A stretch of DNA of 64,000 nt from Eutreptiella sp. 'Long Island Sound 2002' (lineage: Eukaryota; Protista; Euglenida). Each line of letters starts with the position of its first letter. The stretch's first letter is position 1. Location: positions 155,248,001 to 155,312,000 of the forward strand of contig OZ038378.1 of NCBI GenBank assembly GCA_964036045.1, read 5' to 3'. A program made the translations under genes and the position numbers. Shown here piece after piece: positions 50,301 through 60,502 of this stretch. Under the pieces are notes generated by a model. It was not told the origin of the DNA. It did not search any database and saw only the letters and a program-made list of their open reading frames with translations.

Positions 50301-53300
50301 TTGCCGGCCACCCCCGACCGCTGTACTTTTGCTAATGTTTCTCGGGTTTTTGGAATCAGCTTTGGCCACATCTTCACTGATTCCTGCGGTGTTGGCGGCC
50401 TCTGCCTTCAGCTTTTGCATCAGCTTCACAGAGAGGGATCGACCTTCACAGGAACATGGGGCTGCCGTAAGGCAATGTCGTGGTGGCCGTGGTGTGCTGC
50501 ACGTGCTCTTGAGGATGCCCCTCTGCTTAACGCTCGGCTGAGATATGCTGACATCCTGAACCTGACCCTTTGGGGGGGGGGGCGGAGGGCGGAAGGATCT
50601 TTCGGGAGGCTCAAACGAGTGCCCCCCAACCCCCCCTGGTTTTCTCGTCGGGCGAATCATGTCGTAACCCCGACCGGCGTAACCCCTTGTTTTCCCTGCC
50701 CCAGCAAATGACAAAGCAAAATGGACGTTACAAAGTCGTGGTGCCAGTGCACAAAATTGCAATGGCAGTGCACCACCGCCATGTGCAACCCCAGAACAAT
50801 GTCGCAGACCTACATAATATCACACGGTGCTTCTGTTTGCTGGGGTTCTGCTTAGGCCCGTAGTTTTCCATTGGGATAGGACAGCTGCGACGTAAACCAT
50901 TGCAGCAGAGCGGTTCGGTGCGATTTTGAGTGGGGTCTGTGCAGGAATTGGCGGTTACCACAAAGTGGCTGAACTTACTGGGCGGGAAGAAAATTACTCT
51001 GCGGGGGGGGGGGGGGGGCGACACGGAGGCCCATTTTCCCAACCCCCCCCCTCCCCCTCCTTGGCCGCCGTGACGGTAGGGGGGGTTCAGGGCGGGGGTG
51101 CCCAACCTGCCGTGCCGGGGGTGGGGGGGTCAACCCAACATCTATGGCTCAAAATGATACCCACGTCGCGCTGATCATTTTGACTACTCAAATGTGGGGG
51201 GGGGGGATTATTGGTGGTAAAAACTTTTTCGGGCCACAATTTGTGCTCCTGCGCCTTCAGCGCCAACATCCATTCTTACACAAAACAAAGGGCCCGGCAC
51301 GGAACCCCATTTCTCCAACCCCCCCCCCCCTCCCCCGGCGGGCGCCCCCCCCCCCCCCCCCCGCAGAGCAATTTTCAAGTCACCCTGGGCACTAGTGATG
51401 CAATATGCCAAACAGAACGCCAAGAGAAGCGAGGGAGGGGCCCAGGTTTGCCTCTCCCTCTTTTGTCCATCCGGCTGTATTTTCTCTCACTGCGCATTCT
51501 TTGCCCTGCACCACATGTGGACGTGTGGAGTGGCTCGCCTGCTCTGCTCTGGGGTTGGGCGAATGTTTGCTGGTGTCCTTGGAAACCGCACCGGTCGTGC
51601 TCCAGCCCCCTGCCTTGCTGCACTGCTTCACCAGACGTTTGGATGTCCCTCTGGGCAGGGGTTGCACTCCCCAGGAAGCGAGTGCACAGGGGATTGCAGC
51701 GTCAGTCAGCTCACAGCAGAGTCAGTCGTGCAGGCAGTGAACATCCTGGTGGCTAACTCTATGTAATGTCTGGTCCAGGCTCCCCATTCTGGCAAGTACA
51801 GCCGCCCTGGTCCAGAGAACTGGTGTTGTGCAGGCAACGCCAACCACAATACAAGGCTGGTCAGTTCCCGCAGGTGTGGGGGCGCCTCGTGTGGCCCCCG
51901 CCTCCCGGTCACAAGTGCATCAGGGACGGGGGCTGAGGGCAGATGAACAGGGGAAGCAGCTTGCAGTCCCCCGAGGAGGGCCCTTTGTGCTGAAACGGTC
52001 CAACAGAGCGCGTAGTGAGGCCAAGGGTTGGGCAACAGCTTCTACCGGCTGCTGGGGCATTGTCACTGGGGTCATCACGACTGTGAAACTGAAAATGGGT
52101 GCAGAATTTCGAATTTCGGATTAAAAATGGTCCGTGACCGGCGCGATGGCACTTGGAATGGTCTGCCTGCATGTTCATTCCTTCACGGAAAAGGGTCTGC
52201 TTTGGAGGGGATGCTGCGGTTCCTCATGTCCAAGAAGTTCTGAAGAATGGCTGACTCAACCCCTCAGACATCATTTGCTCCGAAAGTGGAATTGATGTCG
52301 GTATTTGTGTATTGGTTGGCGATGGCGACCACAATGGCACATGTGGGTCCCCCCAACGGCGCTGTGTGCCCTTCGTCACTCTTGGTACTCACTCCTATTG
52401 CGCTGGGGGCAGGGGCCGGGATTGGCTGGGCATATCACTGATGGGAAGGCGGAAACCCACTAAAATGCAGCCCCAAGCCCCCAATTCACCAGTTTTACCC
52501 CCCGGTTGGCTCTGGTTAGCCCCCCCCCCCCCCTCCTTCCCCCCCCACTTCTGAGAACCGATATGCGAAAACGGTGTTTCAGTTTTCCTGCTTTCTGTTA
52601 TTTGCGAATCTCCGCCAGAGGCCGAGGGACCAGGCCGGATGGAAGCAGTAGAAGGAACCCCCCCCCCCCCCCCCACGGCTCTTTCCGTTCAAGCACCCGG
52701 GGCTTAGTCAGCGAGGGTTCTGGGGGTCCCGTCAGTTGAATCCGGGTGAGGGCGGTTCCGAACGAGTCTTCACCGATCCACCCCCCGTGCGGAACCCTTT
52801 GTCCTCGGCCCTGTTTCCTGTTTCGAAGACGCCTTGACGGCCTTTGGCGCCGCCATATGTATGGCCAGTAGCTATTGACCCTTGGTAACTAAGTGGGCCC
52901 GGAGGGCAGGGAGGGGGGGGGGGAGTCGCGTACCCGAACTGAGGAGACGGCCCCCCCGTGGGCCATACTGACTTCTGGAGCGGGGCCCAGAAGCGACATT
53001 CTTTGAAGCGGTTTGCGCAGTTGAACGGGTGCCACTTTTCGCCGCCAAACAACATTGAATGCCCAAGTTTGCCCAGCCCACAGCCGTCAAGTCTTCGGCG
53101 AGGTGCACGTGGTGTATCCGCACACTTGGGGGGTTCCAACACCACCGAACCAACTTCCACAACAATTCCACGGCAGGCTTGGGTATGGGCACATGTACAC
53201 CACATGGCAATCACCACCGTCACCCCAAGCCACTCGAAAATGCAAGTGTTTGGCCATCAGGCGTCACGCCCTGGCAACTGTTTTGCACCCCAAGACTTGC

Positions 53301-56300
53301 TTCCAATATTATGGCACGTCTCGGGCCGGCTGGTTTCCTGACATAAAGCCTGACACAACCTCCCATCCCAATGCCCTAGGCTGTGAATGCCTTGTACCCA
53401 TTGGTCCCTGATTTATCAAAAAAAAATAAAGCAGAATTGTCTGAAAAACACCCGCCGAATGCACTGGGGCAAGAGCCGGATGCAGACAAAATTTGAGGCA
53501 AATTTCCTCGACCAGTTTCGGAAAATCTCATCATCAGTTCCTGACATCAAGCCTGACACAACACAGAACACCAGAACACCCACGGTACGCGTCTGAGACA
53601 ACCATGCATCGCCCAAAATCCAGGATGCCGATCATGACAGCCCCGGCCTGTGGTGGCAGAAAGCAACTCATCTGCTGATTATGTGGGGCCCGGAACGGGG
53701 ATACGCCCAACACACACCTGTGCCCTCGTACCCGCTGACGGTACTGGCCATGAAGATCAGGTACGGACCGAACATCTTTTCGACAAGAGGAAGGGGGATG
53801 GCGGCGGCTTCATCCACCACCAACATCTCCGCTTGGGCGAAGAACGAAGAGTCCTGACAAGAGCAGGGGAGAATGCAGGGCGCGTTTCATGGGGAGGGCG
53901 TGTGGCAGATTTGATCACCGTTTCAAAAAGTGGGGTGGTGGGGAGCATGTGGAGGTGGGGGCATGGAGTGAGTGCTGGGGAGGGGGCTTGGGCTATGGAA
54001 CGGGGAGAGGACGAGGCGCCCATCGGAGGAATGGACGTTTAGCCCTCGCTGTTCCCGATCACTCGTGCTGTCCTGATCTTGGGAGAAGAATATTTGGCAC
54101 CGGCCGCATCGCAGTAATGGCCGATGTCGTCACAAAGGCTAAAAATAGGGTGTGACGTCTTTGCTACCAGCATCCCAAGAAGACACAAAAAAATGCCCCT
54201 GTTTGTCAAAAAGAGCCATTCCAACCGCTGTAGACACCCCAAACAATTAAAATGCGAATCTTTTCCATGCATTTCCCTCCACTATTACGGTGAAGAATGC
54301 AGTATTACAGATGCAATGACCTCTGTTGGTCGTATTTGGCCCTGTTGTTGGTCATTTTTGGTGGTTATGTTAGGATCCTGGCAGCAGTGAGGTCATACCT
54401 GATTGTTAGCCCTTGTGACCCCTTGATGGGGACTGATACTCAATCAAAACTGTGCAATTCCTTTCTACACATGTTTCTTTTTAGTCTCTTACCCTCAAAA
54501 TAAGGGAGGTGTCCTTAGTTGCCTGCCAAACCCCGCCTGGTAACCATGACCCAATAATAATGATAATTAAAGTTCTCCTAACAGGAATAAGAATGATAAG
54601 AATACGAATAATAATCATAAGAACAATAATCATAAGAATAACAATAATAATAATAATAATAATAATAACGAGGTGGGCATATGCTTAGTTATATAAATAG
54701 ATGAATGTGTAAATAGATAAATTGATGGGTGCACAAGATGGATTGATAGGTGCATGACAATCATGGGGTCTACCTGAGGGCTAGGGAAGGGCTGATGGTA
54801 GGTGGACCTGAACAAACGGCTTACCGTGCTCTGCTTCCACAGGCTAGATCTAATGGGGCTGTGCCTTCTATCGAGATACGAGGGATATAGGTTGTTCCAG
54901 TGTGGTGGTATGGCATAGATGAGATTGGAGATGGATCCGATCCGGAGGTCAGGTCTAATGGTGCTGTGCCTTCTATCGAGATACGAGGGATATAGGTTGT
55001 TCCAGTGTGGTGGTATGGCCAGGGGGGGGGGGCGTTTCTGCGAAATGTGAAGTCATGCCGTTTTGCCTAAAATTGGCCACTTCGAAAAAAGGGGGGGGTT
55101 TTACCCCTTTTGCGCGCAACTGAAATTTTCCAAAACGCGCCGCGGGGGGTTACCTTGGATGTGCACAAGTGCGTATTTGCCCATTTTTTGGGCATGCAGA
55201 AGGAAATTTGGGGGTGTCTTGCTTCAAAAGTGACGGATCTTTGCACGCTTACTTGATGCTACTGTTGCACATATCAGGTGTGGCAGAGACGCGGTGGCCT
55301 AAGGGGTTAGCATACAACAACGGAGGCCTCCACTCTACCTTCTCACCAATGCAATGGTGGTTGTAGCCGCCCACACCCCCTGCCGGGGGGGGGGGGCATG
55401 GACGATTTCTCTTGGGCGCGGCCCAACACCGAAGAGGGTGCCTCATAGGGTGCCCAATCCTGCCAGACGTACGTTTCGTCACGTTTCGCGTTTCGCGTCA
55501 CCGCTTCATGGGGTGCCCAGTCCCACAATACGGTCGTTTCGAATTGTTTCGCGTTTCGGATCACCGCTTCATGGGGTGCCCAATCCCACAATGCGGTCGT
55601 TTCGAGTCGTTTCGTGTTTCACGGGGTGCCCAATCCCGGAACTTCGGTTGTGCCAACAACAAGTACATTGTCTGTTACGCTATGGTTGTGTGTTGTTGTG
55701 TGTCTCGCGGCAATGCGCGGAACCGCATGCACTTCGCACCCCCCCCAAAACAAAAACTCCCTAGCGGTAACACCCATCTACCACTTTCACTTCAATCTCT
55801 ATTTCCTCAATGCACCGCTTGCACTGCGTTGGTCCCAAGCCCCGCGCCATAGCGTAACGTCTCATGCACCTGCTTGTGCACCTCACGTCATCTTCTACTT
55901 CCGCTGCCTTTTGGAGTCCCTACTCGACTTCCGTTCTGGTGCTTATCGCTTCTGTGCCACTGAAGCTGCCACGGGTGCCTTCCCACTTTTCACTTGCTTG
56001 CCTTGCCCGCGGGGTTGCTTGGTGGTCTTCTTGTACACTTTCTTGTGTCCTGTCGCAACGACCACTTTGGCACTGCTGTCCGAACTGCTGCTGTCGGAAC
56101 TAGACTCCGACGATGTAGAGGACGTCCCACCACTACTAGAATTGGTCGTTGACGAAATATCCGTGTCGGAGCCGTCTGACTCATCGGACGCGCGACGCTT
56201 TGGACACCAATCTTCATCGGCCTCACTTGTAGGTCGTTGTGTGCCATATTTGTCCCCTCCTTCATCACCCGTGGTTGTGGCTTGTCCCATGCCTTCCCTT

Positions 56301-59300
56301 GCTTCCTTGTTCACATGAATGGTAATCCGCCGAACCTTTTCTGCTTTCTCCGCCTTTGTCTTCCGAGCACGCCGGGCAATCTGCTTCTCCACAACCCAAT
56401 CACTTACTTCAATTGTTTCGGGGTCCAAGCCGGGATGCACGAGCCGCAGGTGGTACTTGATATTCAATGTGAATGGGGATGTGGTGCACATCGGAACCGG
56501 ACACTTCCTTGGGACATTGCCCTTCTTTTCCAATGCCTTCTTGTACTTGAAGCTATACCGGTAAGGGCAGTTGGTGGACACCTTCGTCCCATTCAACGTG
56601 GTTTCGCAAGTCCCGGTGGAACGACCGCAAAAGCCACATGGCTCCGCTTTTCCACGGTGGCGTGCATCCGCCACGGCGTCACCTTTAGCAATGTGCTCTG
56701 CCACGTGGTCCGACATTATGCGCAAGGGCACCGCCGCATCACAAAAGAGGCAACATTGTACATCATCTGCAAGCCGCAAGTCGCAAGCCTTCACTCCATC
56801 GTATGGCTCTGCTACGATCACGGGGCAGTACTTGATGTCTTGGGCCGCGGCATCGATGAACGTATTCAAAATGTTCGGGTCTACTTCCCATCTTCCCTCA
56901 TCGGTGATGTCCAAGTCCACAAAGGTGGTGCTCGCTGCGTCCACGTCGATGGTGGGACCAAACCTACCACTCCATTGCAGTGCCACTTCCGCGTTTGGCT
57001 GGGAAAACGACAAGAATTCTCCACTAAGCTTCGCACCTTGGGTGTGCTTCAAGCCCATGGCCGACGGATGTGCAATCGTTGTGCCTTCCAAAGTACACTG
57101 CAAGCTGAAGACCCCTGCTGATGTGCACTTACCCCTTGATGGCAAATTGTACGTTACCAACGTCGCAAACGGCGTTCCGGGCGCAACCGCATCTGCGGGC
57201 GGGGGTGCAACACGTGGTCCTGGACACCGTCCTTCACCTCTCACCCTTCGCAACCGCTCCGTAGAATCATGCTCCAAATTGCTGTTGAAAACCTTGTTGA
57301 TGTACGGGGCCATGTGGACGGTGGACCCCTCATTTAGTTTGACATATGCCGCCGACCGGTCCGGCCCATCTGCAATTTGCAAGAATGACTCCCAAACATG
57401 ACCTTCGGGGACTTCAGAGCTTGAGTTGCCTCGCACTGCTGTTTCCGGTACTTCTTCCACCACCAAAGAGACATCTCTCTCCTCGTCAACTTCCTTTTGT
57501 AGAGACCGGCCTTTTGGCTTCAAGAGGGTTGCTCCTTCCGAAAATAACTGATTGAATATACCAATGCTACCTTGTGTTCCAATGTTGGGGTGTTTAGCCA
57601 GAATCTTTTCCGCTTCATTGATACATTGCCGCCACACGGCACCCAACTTGATGTTTTTCACTTTGCAATCGCCCTTGTATCCAGGTGGTTTTAGACGAGC
57701 CACTAGGTAGCGAGTACGAGTCTGCTTCCATTCCGGATTATCCTCGAACACTTTCATCACACTCATAATGGTCCTGAGGCGAGTCATCAACTGTGCCATG
57801 TCAAAATTACGATTGTGCTCCATGCACCGCAATAAAGAATAAAGGTCCTCATTGGGCTGCGACCCTAGCAACGTGACTGGCCTCGGGTGTGTTCATTTGC
57901 ATCCACCATATCACGTACAGGACGCCTTGAAAACTGTATTGCAAATGTACGTACAAGGCAGTGGTGATGAACTTGGTCCCAAACTTGTTGTAGTTGAACA
58001 TGAGCAAGAGTGCCGACGTCCCCAGGAATAGTAATGTGGTCGTAAGAGAATTCTCCGCTCCAAAGTAGCCATGGCATAGACAATCAAAAATGCAGCTAAG
58101 GAGAATCAAGTCAGGCTGGACGCGCGCCAAGACATTTGCAACATCTTCAGTGGATTGGAGGGCAACACCGACACGTGTGATGCATCGCAAAAGTTGCAAT
58201 CCATACTCAACATGCTGCTTATCCTTTGGATTGAACATGGACTGATTCGGAAATTGTACCCCAGCGGCATCCCCACCGCTTCAGAGCGGGGGGGCAAAAT
58301 CGGAAGTGGCCCACTTGTGGGCAAGGTGGCTACGTAACCCCTGCCGTCTCGGGGATCCCCACCGCTTCACAGCGGGGGGGCAAAATCAGAAGTGGCCCAC
58401 AAGTGGTCAAAAATGCTATATAGTGGTAGTGTGAGGTGCGCTAAGCAAACCCTTCCCCCCAAAAAAGGGGGGGGTTTCGGTTATGTGAAAACCCTACTTT
58501 TGCCTAAAAATTTGGCCAACGAAAAAAGGGGGGGGTTATGTAAAACCCCCCATGCTGTCGTTCTCCGCAGAAACGCCCCCCCCCCCCCTGAGTATGGCAT
58601 GGATGAGATTGGAGATGGATCCGACCCATAGGTCAGGTCAGGCGTCAAAAGTTTCTTGTGTTTTTCATCCATTTTTGAATTTTCCACAAATTCTGAGTAT
58701 TTTGAGTATAGACACATAGGGGGAAAAAATTACCCACTCAGGAGGCCAAAAAATTTTTTTGGCGCCTTTGGCGCCAGCACTTTCCCCCAAAATCTCATAT
58801 TGGAGAAAGACAAGTTTGAAAACTTTGGGGGATCTGGGGGGGGAGGGGGGGGGTTTGGCACAAGGCCTTGGCGTTGGTTTGTTGGCGGCGCCTACTGGCC
58901 TCTCGCCACTGTGTCCGGGTCTTGAGTCCTGAAGATCCACCAAAGCCGCTGTGTTGGCCCACCGTTTCTGTTTCTCCATCGGTGGCGGGTTGTGGCACCA
59001 ACACATTTTGAAGGATCCAAACGGCATTAATCTTCAACTTTGCGCTTCAACTTTGGGGGAGGTGGGGGGGGTGTTTGGCACAAGGCCTCGGTATCTGATT
59101 GTTTGCCTTTGGCGGCGCCTATTGGCCTCTCGCCACCGCTCATTCTGACCCTCTGTGGGCCCGAACGTGTTTTGGTTGTGTCAACGGAGCCCCCGGATGA
59201 CTTGTCCTGTTTGACTACTCCGGGGGTCGGCTGTCCCGGAGACGGGGCTGTTGCCCTGTGCCATTGACCAGGGGCATCCAGATGCTGGGCCTCAGGGAAA

Positions 59301-60221
59301 GGAGAGCGAGGGGGTGGAGTTCAGGGAAGGCCCGCAGGAAACGGATTGGGGAGGGGGGGTGTACCTGAGGCGAAATGTATTGGATTGTCTGGCGGTGCTC
59401 TTTGAAGATGTTGATGCGCACCACCGCTTTGTTGAACTCTTTGTTGGTCGACTGGTGGATCTCGAAGTCCTCTTTGTCAGCGTACCCCATCTCCTCCAGC
59501 CCCTTGACCACGAAGAAGAAGAAGGCCGTCAGGTTCTCAGGGGCGGGGGAGGTCACAAAGATGTTGGCAAAGCCCTGCTGCACGGCCCCGGCCACGGCCA
59601 TTCCTTTGAAACGAAGAAGCACAAGGCAGAGCGGGGGCCACGGGGGGGGGGGACTACAACCGGTCCTGATGCGACCCACCCCCCAAACTATCTTTCAAAA
59701 CTTCGGGGGGGGGGGGCTGGCGCCGGACAGTTTTCTCTAGAGACACTTGTTGGGGGCCGACCCGGCACCGCTATCTTTCAAAACCCGGGGGGGGGGGGGG
59801 GGGGGCTGGGGGGGGGGTCGCATACAAGGACCCGGCCCGGCCGCCCCCCCGTCGCGGGGGCTGCCGCCGGATTTGCTTTGTTCCGCCAGCGCGTCCCTTG
59901 TCTGTTGTCGTTGACCAATTCGAAAGCGGCAGATGGGGGCCAGATCGCCGTAAAGGCAGCCGACCGGCACCCCCCCCCCCCCCCCACACAAACGCCTCAT
60001 CTCAAACAACTCCCGACGTCAGCACACATTCAGCCACCTCCCGCACTCAGCACAACACGTCCCAAGACAGGTCGGGCACTCACCAAAACACTCATCAGCA
60101 CAGGAAACCAGCAAGACAGGTCAGGTAACAGGTCGGTAGGTACATTTGTATGTTAGTGGTACCCATGCAGCCTCAGGGCGGGGCGGTACCCAGGCCCAGT
60201 CACGAACTGAACGGTTACGAA

Positions 60222-60288
<67 letters not shown>

Positions 60289-60315
60289 GGGTTGTGGTTG
60301 TGGTTGTGGTTGTGG

Positions 60316-60370
<55 letters not shown>

Positions 60371-60384
60371 GGTTGTGGTTGTGG

Positions 60385-60433
<49 letters not shown>

Positions 60434-60448
60434 GGCTGTTGTTGTTGC

Positions 60449-60502
<54 letters not shown>

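Larger units (their letters stand above)
55020..58590 (-). mobile_element. P-superfamily-like DNA transposon, internally deleted and frameshifted (3571 bp), inside a NAT10 intron
   Basis: TIRs CA(G11)CGTTTCTGCG at 55020-55042 and CGCAGAAACG(C13)TG at 58566-58590. TSD ggtatggc 55012-55019 / agtatggc 58591-58598. The element splits the second copy of a 105-bp tandem unit, and transposase-like ORFs lie inside. Confidence 0.88.

Noticed and set aside
53330-53570. Intronic C/D-box snoRNA (TGATGA on the NAT10 strand near 53530)
   Set aside because: No properly spaced D box or terminal stem; the region is just a 25-bp direct repeat
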